A stretch of 64,000 nt of DNA from the NCBI GenBank assembly GCA_024704765.1, contig JAKMXF010000308.1:380484-444483 (forward strand), written 5' to 3'. The notes under the pieces were generated by a model. It saw only the letters and a list, made by a program, of their open reading frames with translations, was not told where the DNA came from and did no database searches. This DNA comes from Oopsacas minuta (taxonomy: Eukaryota; Animalia; Porifera). This document shows positions 51,140 through 64,000 of this stretch, piece after piece; within the stretch, counting starts at the first letter, position 1, and the number at the start of each line of letters is the position of its first letter. The translations under genes were made by a program, and so were the position numbers.

Positions 51140-52140
51140 AACAAACGCTTTGCTTGCAAGCGCTCTGCGGGTTGAGAATATTTCTTTATCCTGTAATGCT
51201 CAGCACCAAATGCCCGAATTCTTTCATAGGAACAACAAATATCCCCAATATTTTGTTGACAATGTCATATTTGAATCGGTCTACTCTCAATTGCCACAAA
51301 CTACCCCTTGAGACAAATTTTCTAGCCTGATTTCAAATAAATGCAAAATGTATGAAATTCTTACCAACCATATGATAAATCACATGGATGTGTATATGTT
51401 CAATATATAATAATTTAAATGTACATGCCCGATTACCCTAAACTAGCAGATAAAACGAAATTTATAGCATCATTTTGGGAAGCATGTGCACCAAAAGAAG
51501 TGAAAAAGTGATGAATTTTATGATAATCTGTGCATTTGAAAATTTAGGATCAGCAAATCTCAAAATTGGACTCTACAGACCCAATTGCCCCTATCAACAT
51601 GTTGAAACCTAATCTCTACCATGCTTTTGATTTTACATTGAAAGGTGTGAAAATTTGATTAATCATATAATAAATCATCAAGTTATAGATTGAAAATTTC
51701 AAAATTGAAATCTATTCGATTACTCGATTGCCCCTAATTGCATGTACCGCAGAATCTCTATCATTATTTCTATTGATGAGCAAAGAGTGTGAGAATATGA
51801 TCAATCATATGATAAATCTGTGAATTCATGACATTCAGACTCTGAAAATGTCCAAATCGGACTAAACGCACCCAATTTAACGGAAAACAACGTAAGCTCT
51901 AGCATGCATGTATAATTTACTTAGAAGGTGTGAGAATATGATCAATTCTTTAAAACGAGGTGAAAATTACAGCTAAGAAAATTATATACCTGACCTACAA
52001 ATCTTCAACCCTAAATGAATATGTGTACCAATTTTCATGTAATTTGGAATTCTAGATTTCGCAGGGCTGCGAGGACGGACAGACAGACTTCGAACATCGT
52101 CCAGGCTATTAGAGAATCTCCCTATAGGTGCTGCACTAAA
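51140..52140 (+). mobile_element. Helentron-associated (DINE-1-like) element with central ~142 bp tandem repeats
   Basis: 5' hairpin GCTTGCAAGC, units sharing GTGTGAGAATATGATCAATCATATGATAAATC at ~51500, 51643, 51785, 51925; GGACGGACAGACAGAC tract near the end. Confidence 0.55.
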
Positions 52141-52439
52141 ATGTCATGGTAAAGTCTGCAAGTTTTTGAGCTATAGCAGCATAGGCATGTATATGGCACA
52201 TACTTGTCAATATCCAATTAAAACTCGATACTCATTGAAATTATGATCAAATCCGAATAGTTAATATGTACTTTACATTCACTACCGTGCACCTGTTACC
52301 TCTTTCGTTTGAAAACACACATGGCGAACTTATTCTAAAAATCATGAATTCTAGATAATTATGATAGTAATTCATTAGTCATCCTAAAATCCTAGAGGAA
52401 TTGAGCGAATCCTTCCCCATTTTGTACGCATGGAAGATA

Positions 52440-52745
52440 CCTACTAGATTTTAGGAAATTGGTAAATTTATGGAATGTATCCGCAAAAGTCCTACTACGG
52501 CAATGTGCAAAATTTGGATAGTGAATTCGTTACACTGAATCTAAAAATTCTAACCTTTTGAGCAAACAGAAACAAAATCAAAGAATATACTCTTGTTAGT
52601 ACTGGTCCTATATAGTATCCCTTATACCAATGTTGAATCTGAAAGAACCTTTTCTTCTGCTGGCTCTTCATTACTAAATTGAGATCAAGTATGAGTCACT
52701 CATCCTTAGATTCCTTAATATTTCTTAAAAGAAATTTCAAAAGTT
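52440..52745 (+). pseudogene. hAT C-terminal dimerisation domain relic
   Basis: LYSIP-TNVESERTFSSAG…KLRSSMSHSSLDSLIFLKRNF. Confidence 0.72.
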
Positions 52746-55700
52746 AAAATAGAATTTCAGATTAATTTTGAATAATTACATATTGCTAGACAGAAATGCA
52801 TAGAAGTTAGAACCTTTTCTCATGAACAACAGCACTATATTTCTTTATTAATTTCGATATTCCTCCTCGATAGAATTTGCTACACTTATATTCAACAAAT
52901 AGATTAATTTATGTTGATTTATAATCAGGTCATTTTACATATATTGAAAGTCCCTGATCAATGTGATACCATGATCTTTCTAAAACGTATATAATATTAG
53001 AAGAAAGTTGAATTGTATTTCTATAAACTAAAATATTACACGGGTGTTAGCATGGTAAAGGATTCGAGAACTGGATATTAGAATTCTAGGATTCTTCGAC
53101 ACGTTTGCTAGATAGTCCATCAAAAGATTTCCATGCCAAATCTGTATCACACAGTTAAGAGAAATTTTTTAGATTCGAAGTTACTTGAAAGTAGAATGAC
53201 AACTAATGTTGTCGCAAATAGGGCTTATTTTCCAGTGTTTTCGCCTCTGAACCCCACTGAGAGTTTACACAGCCCCCAGAGCCCCAGTTGGATAATTCTC
53301 CCCTAGTCACCAATTCCTGGATCCGCGCCTGCCAATGAATGTTGGTATCTCGGGATACTACTGTTCAAATATAGTATTTGAGAAACTATTCACATAGTAT
53401 TAGAGTTTGAAGTCACTAATGGAAGGAGGTTATTGCATCAGGCATAATTCCACACTTAATAAGTGAGAGTAACGTTGACATCGAATGTCATTTACATTCA
53501 AAGGGGAGTTCCAACCTCCTCAAGCCTCCTCACCTTGGATCCGGCACTATAGTTTTTAATTAATTAATTATTTTAGTTATTTTGACTCTATCGACATCTT
53601 GTACATAAATTCATCTTTCGAGAACTTTATAAATATCTTTTGGATATTTGTTGAATATATTATACATATCTCCTGTATGATGCTAGGAGGGAGCGTCGCG
53701 ATCAAGAGTTATTTAGAGGTTCGACGTAAAAAGTACACACTCCCCATGGATTAAAATTACCAAGGCTAATAAAGAATACCGTGAAATGCCCCTCCTCCTG
53801 GAACGGACCTGAATTGATGCACCATAGTATACACTCAACTTTATATGCCCTTATAAAGTATTTTGATAAATCTCTTACGATTGTGATGCAATCGTGAATG
53901 TGCCCTTATATGGTAATTTCCAACATTACTCAATACCTTCAGAGATATCATATCGAAATGCATCATAAAGGTATGGGAAGTTGGGAATAGACTATATATA
54001 TATTGACTCCTTATGTGACTATAATTTTAATTATTATTCTATTATAATTCGATATTCACAAAATATGTGCTATCCATGGTCTGTGCCATAACTCATAAAT
54101 GCAGGGCTGAGGTTGATTTACCGAATTATGTGGGTGATTATATAATTCGGTTAACCATATGGGTAATTTAATGCACGTGACCCTTTTCGATTATAGCTGT
54201 TAACCGGCCAACAGCTGCAAAAATTATTTAAAATGCATTACAAGTTGTTGCGTGACTAAATTGAAATATCAATACATAGCTATTATCTATACAATCGTGA
54301 TGCGTTTCATCTTGTAAAGGATTGAAAATCAAGATTGCTGACCTATAATGTAACATCTCGTAACTACCTATCCTGCAGAATTCGTGTATATATATATTTT
54401 TCTTACCCCTCAAAACATTTGTAACACTGGGTATAGTATTGGTGGAATGATACCATTCAGTTAACCAAATATATTTTTTCGTAATAGTTAGCTGGATATT
54501 GTAGCGGTTAACCTAATCAAGGCCTGAACGTGAGAACTTTATAATGAAAATTTTCCATACCTTATTTTGACATGATTTAGCTCATTTGGGATTTCAACTT
54601 CTTTTTTAATCATATATCAATATTTCATGTTCTGTGTCGTATCAAATATAGAGCATTATTTTGTACATTAGCTGAATGCGCTTCTAACAGAAGACGTTAT
54701 TTCGATATAAAAATTTTGACAAAGTGTATGTTTTGTGAATTGTTACATATCATAAAATGCTCAAACAACATGTTTGAATTTGGTTTGAAATTAAATATAT
54801 TTCCAGAAGAAACATAGTAGTTTAATAATTCTCCACATCTCGAAATGTAATTTTACTGACATCAGGTACTATGAGTTAATTTTCATAATCTACTATATAT
54901 ATGGCCTCACAACCCCTTCAGGATTTTCGATTAGGGATCTAAGTGTCGACCGAAATAATTGTTTGTAGTTTCTATATTTCAGAAACGGACCTTTATATTT
55001 TTATATTTTGTAGAAAATATTAATTGAGCATTTTCTGTATTCACCATGAAATGAAAGATCAATATTTGACGTCTTACTACAAATCAAAGAATGACGTATT
55101 TTGCTAAATAAATGCCTACTAGACACATATTTTGCCACATTCCCGATATATTTTAGTATATTATGGTTGTTATTTGCTGTTCTAGAATATCCAATACACT
55201 TCGGTCGTTAGGTATACCCCAGCCCAAAACCATATGGATGGTGTGGCCTTTTGTTTATTAGGCATTGTTATACTAATTGATATATGAAAAAAGATTACTT
55301 AATGATTGTTTATCGTCCGTTTGAAAATATATATAATCTTGTTATGTTAAGTCAACAACTGTTGAGTATAGTATTTATCGAAGTTGGCTACTACAGATTT
55401 ATACACTGAACCATTAATATTACTTGATAAATGATCACGAAAATTTCTTACGATCGGACCTGAATGTTACCTGGCCTAAATACTTCATACATTTTTGTCC
55501 CTTGTTTGCAATTTGGTCCAGCCGGACCAGATATTTCGTGACATGCCTATTAACAATCGTGTAACTAGGGAAAAATTTGTATTTATAAGAAATATCAAAT
55601 TCAACGGTTAATTGTTTGTGTACAATCATTACCTATTCAATACAATGATTCTTTCAGTTTTTTCTGGTAGATGTGATCCCGATAAAATATACGATAAAAT

Positions 55701-56520
55701 ACACAATATTGGCAATTCTCAATGCTGGCCCACTAAACTTCGGTTGACCATTGTCCAGGATTTATCCTGGACAGTACAAGATTTTCGCCAAAATACTGAT
55801 CTGTCCATGATTTTGATGTATAAATACATGTTTTCGAGATTACAATCTTGAATAGATGGATATTATGTGATGATAGATCAACGCCCCGAAGATTGTTTTG
55901 TATTTTCCAAAAATACGATTGTTACAGATCATAACTCATTTAGGACAGTCATGTAACTAAAATATATCTTGGTTTTACATAGCTATGCCTTTCACTTTTC
56001 AGAATAATAATAATTATGGCTATTAACACGAGCGACAACCATGTTGAATGAGTTTTCACGCTATTTCTGTTTCAAAATTCAAGATCCATTTTAGTTTATA
56101 CAAGTACTTGTCAAATAAGTGTCCAGGATTTGTACATGAATTTCTAAATTTTTCCAGGAAAATCAAGGATTTTTCTGTATAAAGTGATTCATTGTCTATG
56201 GATTGAACCAAAACCATCTGGTCACCCGAACAAAAACTATATTATAGCTGTGCAGATCCTAACCTTTTCACCCATGGACCCTTATACAAATTTTAACACA
56301 TTCTGTGATCCACCAAGGGGTCCATGAACCTCAGCTTCGGTACCACTGCTATAATCACTACAGTAATAACTTGTCAAGTTCTTGTCTAGGTTTTATCTTG
56401 GCATCGTGGTAAGTCCACGGATTCTTTTAGATCAACAAAGAATACATACTATTTCGTTGAATTTCTGATTCCTATCCTTATTTATATCATCTTTCATTTA
56501 TCATTTTATTTTATTGTTTC

Positions 56521-57936
56521 TTGTTATTAGAATTCAACTTGGTGAAAGAAAATAACTTTTCAAACGAGTCAATCTTGGATTTGAAAATTATCATTCCTTC
56601 AATTAACAAGGTTACTTATATGGATAGACTTGTTTCTCGGGATGATTTTAAGACTTCCTTACGAATGCATCAACAGTATTTCTTCTATCTTTCCAAATTA
56701 GTCATGTTTCTTCATATGAAGCTAAATATTGAACATATATCGATTGAATCGAGTAGAACAAAAATGCTTTCCAAAATTTGTAACTATTTAGTGGGTTTTC
56801 ATAGACAGATCCGTTTACTTGATACGCTGTTAAATGAGAAGGAAGTTATATTGAACCTTTGTCAGGATTTGTCTATTGTGGTAGAGAAATTGAAACGGCG
56901 ATACAAGGATTTAAATCCTTCCCGAAGTTTAACACAAGGAAAAACTAATGCTGCAGACATTGCGTTATTCAAAGAATTGACAATAAAGAGTATGGAACCC
57001 CAAATTGAAAAATTAATATTGAAACATAAAAGAGAAATTCAAGAAATGGAATCATCACACTCTATTGAATTATCTAATATTCAGTTTCATCTAAGGAATA
57101 CATATGAGGATAAGATAAAGTCTATTAATGAAAGAAACATTCTTGAAGTTATGAAATCCAGAAGTCTAATGAAAAATGAATTACTTCATGTTGTCCAAGA
57201 AACATTGGAACAGCAAGAACAAAGAGATACTTGTAGACAAATTCAGTTACTAGACAAGTTTAAACCACTCAAATCTAATGTATATCTTCTACGTTCCGAA
57301 ATTACCACTCTGAGAGAGAACTTCATGCGTAATTCTGCAATATTTTTATCAATGTTCCGATCATCTTACCTCAATATTACCGAGGTGATAGAAATGAGTT
57401 ACATTTCAAATGAGAAGAAATTTCGTGATCAATGGCTTCATGAATTAGAAACTGTAAAAAATGAAGTTGGTATAAAATTTGCAATTGAATTTGACGAGAA
57501 AGAACTACTCATAATTAAGAGCTTAAAAAAGAATCATGAAGAAGAGATAGAAATCATTATAGAAAATTTAGAAAATAGATTTAATGATGAGCGAAAACGT
57601 AATCAATTTCTACATAATGAGAGTATTTCCAATCTCAAATATCATTACGAAAACAAAATTTCTAGACTTGTACAGACGAATGTTCATATAGAAAGTAAAT
57701 TTTCAGATCTCAGTGCACGCTTTCAAAAGTTAAATGAAGATTATATACAAACAAAAGATGAATTGGGTTCTTTATTGGAAAAAAATTCTCTTTTACATTC
57801 TGAACTAGCTTTAAAGCTAAATACACATGTTGGGTTCGAATCTCTTGATTATTCACCAGAAGGTTTTTCAGCATTAGTTATGGAAAATTCGCATTTAAAA
57901 CATTACATCAAAGAATTGGATATTAAAACGATTTAG
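56521..57936 (+). CDS. Uninterrupted ORF for a long coiled-coil protein (first ATG at 56620, 438 aa); possibly a terminal exon
   Basis: 1416-nt stop-free frame in AT-rich DNA; E/K/L-rich heptad composition; T-rich tract ending in AG at 56529-56530; no transposon motifs. Confidence 0.8.
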   Translation: MLLEFNLVKENNFSNESILDLKIIIPSINKVTYMDRLVSRDDFKTSLRMHQQYFFYLSKLVMFLHMKLNIEHISIESSRTKMLSKICNYLVGFHRQIRLLDTLLNEKEVILNLCQDLSIVVEKLKRRYKDLNPSRSLTQGKTNAADIALFKELTIKSMEPQIEKLILKHKREIQEMESSHSIELSNIQFHLRNTYEDKIKSINERNILEVMKSRSLMKNELLHVVQETLEQQEQRDTCRQIQLLDKFKPLKSNVYLLRSEITTLRENFMRNSAIFLSMFRSSYLNITEVIEMSYISNEKKFRDQWLHELETVKNEVGIKFAIEFDEKELLIIKSLKKNHEEEIEIIIENLENRFNDERKRNQFLHNESISNLKYHYENKISRLVQTNVHIESKFSDLSARFQKLNEDYIQTKDELGSLLEKNSLLHSELALKLNTHVGFESLDYSPEGFSALVMENSHLKHYIKELDIKTI

Positions 57937-58364
57937 CATTTGTGATTTGGATGATATTTGTAATCATTCATGTTAAGGAGTTTCATTATAGCGAACTGAA
58001 GTTCAAAGTACATCTGAAACATCCCACTATATAAACATCTTTTAACCCTACGCGAATACGATAAATTTAGTTTGTATTCTCTATACTAATGCGATTACAC
58101 TCCATTCAAATTCTGGACAATTGATAGCAACTACTTTTTACAAGTGACTATTCTAAACAACATTGCGATATGTTTACAATCTGTAATCAATCCATGACTG
58201 AAAAATTAAATTCATGTAATTACACTAGGTCTGAAAAATATTCGAAATTGTTAGGAATTAAACTTTTTCTGAACGAACAATTTTTCAAATAACCGTTCAT
58301 TCATGACTAAGCATTTCACTTCTTCAACCCAATATCTGATGAAAATCTATAGTTGTTGAGAATA

Positions 58365-59673
58365 CAGGATGACACATAAATACTGTTACAAACATAAAAG
58401 GGCTGAAAACAAAAACTATTGGGGCGATCATTCTAATATTCTAAATTATGTTTAGATATACTATTGGGTTGAAAATTAAGAAAGTATTACTCAAGTATAT
58501 CGCTTTTTGCCTTAATGCAGCTCTTCAGACAGACGATGAAGGAGTCTACACTGGCACACACATGCTCATCCGGAATCTTTGACCATTCTCTTAATAATGT
58601 ACTCTTAAGAACCTCAACTGAACGATGGGGTGTAGCGTTAACCCTCTCTTCCAATATGGACCATATAGAGAAGTCGAGGGGGTTAAGGTCTGGCGAACAA
58701 GGTGACCACTCTTCGGAAGAAATGGCCCCGGGAAAATTGGTCTTGCACCACTTTTGCGTGGCTTTAGCCTTGTGAGCTGGAGCAGAATCTTGCTGGAATA
58801 CCCATAGGTCGTTTCCAAAATATGATTATACCCAAGGCTTCAAAACATTCTCAAGAATGGTCCCGATAAACCGATGGGTTGATTTTCACACCTTGGGGGA
58901 TAAATATCAAAGGTGTCCAACCAGTTGCAGTAACCCCGGCCCATACTATCACTGAAGCTGGTTTCTGCATTCTAGAGACCCGGAAAGTAGATTCAGGCAA
59001 AGTACTCTTATCGGTGCTAAAATCCTATGATTTTGCTTGTTTAGGACCTGCTGAACAGTAAATAATTTCTCATCAGAGAAAAGGATCTGCTTGTGTCTAC
59101 CATTGGTGAAACGTGAAAGCAAGGCCTTGCATCTTTCCAACCTCATACTTTTATTTTTGGCTGTGAGGAGTTGTCTTTTTTTCATTTTGTACACTTTCAT
59201 GCCCTAATCATTACAAACACGCCTCCGCATCGATTCCCTGTTTGTATTTGTTTCAATGGCCATTTTTCGGATACTTTGGGTGGGATTTCGTTTAATCCGT
59301 TGTAGCACCCTCTTGGCCAAAGAAATTGTCCGTGCAGTACGTGGACGGCCTGGTCGTGGTCGGTCTAACACATCCCCTGTATCAGCAAACCGTGACAAAG
59401 TTCGCGAAATAAACATCCTATTGTAACTGAGCAAAGAGGCAATTTCACTTCTGCATTTCCCGGCCTTGAATAACTCAATAACAGCTGGACAACGAGTCTC
59501 CATTACAAAATGTTGAAATTATAAAACTTCTAAGTGAGATATAGCTGGTGTGATATATGGGGATAAAATAGATATGTAGTACAATATATTGGATAAGTTT
59601 CAACGCTATTGAATTATATTCATCTACAATATGGTAGTTTTAAAAGTTGTAACAGTATTTAGGTGTCACCCTG
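58365..59673 (-). mobile_element. Tc1/mariner DD37D (maT-like) transposon, full length, defective
   Basis: TIR CAGG(A/G)TGACAC(A/C)TAAATACTGTTACAA; TA left, TC right; ORF 59503-58487 with ILFSDEKLF and QQDSAPAH…DLNPLD (37-residue spacing); internal TAG at 59204. Confidence 0.92.
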
Positions 59674-61079
59674 TCTTAGATTTGTTCAATTAGTTAGGCT
59701 GTTGACTCAATTAGCCATCTCAGCGATAAACTTCGTAGAAAAGAATGATTAGAATGAGGTCATGAAGAAAGTACTTAACGAATATTCATTCCAACGAACG
59801 AAGATGATTTGAACGTGTTTTTGTTTGAAATTTGATGTATACGAACTGGTTTATTAATCCAAGGATTCTCGATCACAGGATCGCTGCACACCGATACCTT
59901 AATCCCGAATGACAATCTATATCTAAAAATCTATGTATATTATCCTAAACCTAGTCTAAAATGTAGAATATTCTACCTACAATTGGACTTCAGTGCAAAT
60001 ATGCGATATCTAGACATTGACATTTCCGACAATCTTTGGAAACGTTGGGCTAATACTGATAAAAAAAAATCTCTCTTGGATTATTTTTGAATTTAATGCA
60101 GAATTATCTGTAAGATTTGGTTTACAAACTGAAAAGATTATTATTGATTTTTCGATCAAAGGTGGAAAACCCACTGTTTGCAAATATTCAAAAGTTGAAT
60201 CAGATCGTGGATGTTTTTAATGTGTTTATTAATATATGGAACCGAAACCAGTTATTTTTGCCAAATGATCTAAAACCTTTTCATTACAAAAAATAGAAAT
60301 TTTGTGATGATAAAGTCGTACGTTTCAGAGTTTTCGTACAGACCATGGAATGCATGTGTTTGGCAATATCCTCTTCTAACTGGATAAACGTTGTAATTAT
60401 TGTCAAATGAGCATAACCAATATAGTGTGTCCCGGATTTTCTATATCCTTATAATACATTTTCATATGATATCTCTAGGCAATATGATGTAATCATGAGT
60501 ATACCAAATTTTGTCATTGTTTCGGTCGCAAAAACCTTTAGAGATATCATATCGAAATGTATTATATGCATATGGAATTCGTGTAATTTACTATATAATA
60601 GTTATGCTGATTTTGCGGTAATAATAAAGATTATCGTGTTATTAGAAGATATTAACAAAACAACATTTCGCCAGATAATACGCACTCAAATAAACGTCTG
60701 TTAACACTTCTATTTTCTTATTGCAGAGAAGTTTCAAAATCTAAAAGTTTATTTCCTCGTATATTGGAGTGGGGACTTCACTGCGAGCCTATATACAATA
60801 CTGTTACAGTGTACCCTTGCTAATCTGAACACCACTGTCTCGATTGCTAATTTATTCGTTCGGATTAGTGAAATTTCTCAGATAGAGAATTCATTGAAAC
60901 AATACTCTTATATAATCTAGAAGCCCATATTTCCGAAAGTTGTACAAACGAAGGAATGGCGTGAGTAACATAATGTTAGATATTTATCTCCTTAGCAGAA
61001 TTAGGAATAAATCGACAATTCCTTTAAGCTTTAGGCCCTGTTTGGATTAAAGAGTTTCAGATTAGCGAGGGGCTTCCTC

Positions 61080-62250
61080 ATACTTAAATCTCATCCGCTG
61101 CTTGTGCCTCTACTATTATGTCATGTTTTAGTTACCATTTCCAAACATATTTCAGAAATAGAAAATTGCGATCTTAAAGTCCAAATACTGTGTACAGACA
61201 ACTATTCTCTTAATGTTAGATTATTCAAATGCTTCTCTCCATTGGCGTACCTCATCCTATTGATTCAGCCAAACCACTTAACCTTATGTTCGATTTTATC
61301 CACACAATGAAGACAATATGTGACAATTGGCTCAATCAGACAGATGTTAGTCATACGTTTATCTCCCCAAATTCGACAGGTTTTCCCTTCTAATGAGACT
61401 TCTTTCGAAGATGTGAGACTGTTATTTAAAACCAACAACACAACGTAGCTAAGAATGCACATGTCTAACCGTGAAATCTTGTAGGCCTTATAACCTTGAG
61501 CGACAGAACGTTGATTTGGCTTTGAGGGTGTTTAATGAATCCATTATGGCTGCTCTTCAGCTCCATGCATCCAGAGAAAACCTTTCTTCCCAGACATCCG
61601 ATTTTCTTGATGTCCTTACTCCAAACAAAGGATTTCGGCTCAATGATTCAAATTCCATAGCTTTTAGAAACAAATATGAGAGATTTTCATTTCTCTCAAA
61701 AGTCGTAGAATGGCTAGATAACTAGTAGATGATGCCCTGGGAGACTAAGCAGTCAGACTTTCACCAGTGTTCGACATTCTTGTATTGCACTTCAAAATAC
61801 GGTTAATATTATCACTGGAAGTCGTGGCTTTACCTTTGTCCTGATTTCAGTCCTACAAAACGATCCACTTGAACATTACCTCAGTCTTTATCGAATGATG
61901 TCGGGTGCTCACTAAAATGCTACGATTTCTCAAATTTTGGAAACTGAGAGGCGGATAATATTATCTGGTATACTAAAACTTTTCTCAGCTACCATTCCAG
62001 CTAATCTTCAAGATTATTTGAAACATTTTCTGAAACATTTTCTGATCCCCACGCCAAGATGGTGCAACAATTGGTGATTTAGGATTTCAGATCAATATAG
62101 TTTACTCCTGATACTTTTGAAACCACTCGCATATCCGATCCAATTATCTTACAATCCCTCGCTTTCATCGCTGGCAATACAGTTCACTCTATTTACAAAA
62201 GCAAAGTATTCCGTAAACCTACGAATCATTCAACAACCAAATCTGTGTGT
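61080..62250 (+). pseudogene. P-element transposase relic (related to the 32960-34690 copy)
   Basis: ILCTDNYSLNVRLF, FDFIHTMKTICDNWLN, LERQNVDLALRVF, LEHYLSLYRMMSGA. Confidence 0.78.
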
Positions 62251-62337
62251 TCGTTGTTTGTCTTTTCTAACTGTAGACAAAGATTTGGAATTCTAAGAAC
62301 CTGCATATTCCATTTATTGCTTAATATAATTTCGAGG

Positions 62338-62445
62338 CGCTTGCAATTGGTCGCCCTTTGTGGGTTTGCAATTAGTCGACTATTCTATGGTTTGCAATTG
62401 GTCTACTATTTTATGGTTTGCAATGGGTCGACTATTTCATTTTGA
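62338..62445. repeat. Four ~24-25 bp tandem repeats (TTTGCAATTGGTCGACTATT-like), probable MULE subterminal repeats
   Basis: Direct reading of repeat units; they lie downstream of the MULE ORF. Confidence 0.7.
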
Positions 62446-62799
62446 CATTTGGTGGATTTCTCAATAGTCCCTACACTGTTGATTGAATTTTGTTTTACTA
62501 GTTGTTTCAAGAGAACATTTAGTGTGAAGCAAAGTATCATAGTTGAAGTAACTGAAGCTGAATGTTAAGAAAAGATAAGATGAAAACAAGTAAAAAAAGT
62601 AAAATACTAAGTATATATGTGCTAATTTATCTTCTGTGGTACACCTCCATGTTGGACATTTTCAAAGTGTGGACTGCATTGTTCACAACATTTAGCATGT
62701 CCGCAAGGAAGAAAACAACAGTTAATTCTCTAAGTAATAAGCAGACACAACAGTTAGCAGTCTTTTGGCTCTGTTCTTCATTGTTTTCATTAAATTCTG

Positions 62800-63950
62800 A
62801 CGAAGACTCATTTTGGAATTCTCCATTGAGCGGATCGGTATCTATATGAATAGAGTTGGCTATTGAATAGAGGTAGACGATCGGATTATATTCTCCTGAT
62901 TCCAGTTTTGTTTACAATTTGAACGGAAAGAATCATTTCTATATCCTTTAGCTTTCTATTGCGAGTAGTTTCAATACCGTTGCTTAGACGTTCTATGCTC
63001 AAATCTGTGTCCTGTATCGTGGTGCTGAGGAACTCAATAAACAGCCATATGCGTGAATGAGACGCTATAATGTCCCTTTTTAATCGACCGTGATAATTCT
63101 CCGCCCCATTATTTATTTTGTGTTGGCAGTTAAATATAGAGAGTTGATTGTTAGGAATTCCATTTAACCATTGTCTTCTCATATACTTCTTTAAGGTGGT
63201 ACATTTTGTCATATTATTTGTACTAAGCAAGATATCTTCCAGTTCAAGTTGATTATATGTTGAGATAATTTGTTCAGCAGGAAGGAATGGAATAAACATA
63301 AATGCCGTGATTAGTGCTGAAAAATTTGGTTTGAAAAGTAGATTTTTGAAAGACCTAATTTTTGAACCTTCCGCCAAATACTTTAGGAGTAATGAAAGTA
63401 ACAACCTCGAAGAAAAATACCCTGAATCTGTATTTCACAGGATTTCTAGCTCCCCTATCCCAACCGGATATCCCATGGATAGGTATTAGTTGAGGAACAA
63501 GCTCATGAACTTTCGCTAAAATAGCAGTGTAGAGTTCTTCATTCTTAGAAGTAAGGATACTGGATAACTGGTAGCACATGGGTTGAAAGCGTGTGTAAAA
63601 TGTTCCATCGAAATACACGTCTTCTACTTCAGAGAGTGTAGCAGCCATCTTATTTGAGAAGAATACTATTCCAACATCATAACTTACTTCTACACCACCT
63701 TCGAAACAAATATCGAACTGTGATGATGGTATCATTTCCAAAAATTGGATAGAAGTTATAGGAATAGGAGGCTCTATTTCCCTTCTTGCTCGATACATTG
63801 TAGACTGTAAATTTCTGTAAGGTACAAGAGCCGCAGCAGGATCATCGCGGACGATTTGTTTAAAGACTTTAGATAACCTGCCACGTGAAGATCTCGCCGC
63901 GTTTAGACACTTTAATTTTAAATAAAAAATATCAGCTCTATAGTGAGAAA
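62800..63950 (-). pseudogene. MULE transposase relic
   Basis: YFDGTFY, LTSKNEELY, RGCYFHY, YMRRQWL, INNGAENYHGRL; frameshifts and a small deletion. Confidence 0.85.
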
Positions 63951-64000
63951 TTGGATGATTATGAGGGTTTAGGGGTACAATAGTGTTAAAGTCGGTTCCA

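Noticed and set aside
53230-53820. Three short GGATCC/GGAACGG-containing ends resembling hAT MITE termini
   Set aside because: Could not pair the ends or find TSDs
1-64000. rRNA, tRNA, CRISPR or prokaryotic operon features
   Set aside because: None recognisable; the sequence is eukaryotic and repeat-derived, and most short ORFs in the track are antisense or shifted frames of transposon relics

Overview
AT-rich eukaryotic DNA, probably from an invertebrate. The intron-poor host ORF and the repeat spectrum suggest a basal metazoan such as a glass sponge, but this is inference only. The window is almost entirely DNA transposons, often nested: Tc1/mariner of five catalytic types (DD34D, DD34E, DD37D x3, DD37E, and a truncated DD41D-like copy), at least four hAT relics, three P/THAP elements, three Mutator-related elements, a Merlin element, a Ginger-like integrase element, Helitron/Helentron-like interspersed repeats and many foldback MITEs. 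No transposase ORF is intact. The one convincing host gene is a 438-471 aa coiled-coil ORF at 56521-57936. Main points of interest: (1) a hairpin Mutator derivative whose inverted arms are transposase sequence (Mu-killer-like architecture; it spans an N gap, so it needs confirmation); (2) Galileo-like long-TIR P elements with 7-bp TSDs, one checked against an empty site within the window; (3) OTU-protease domains in transposon relics, one at the end of a NOF-like Mutator ORF; (4) a five-level nested insertion involving elements with CACAGTG (RSS-heptamer/Transib-like) ends. All assignments come from reading motifs by eye; no database searches were run.
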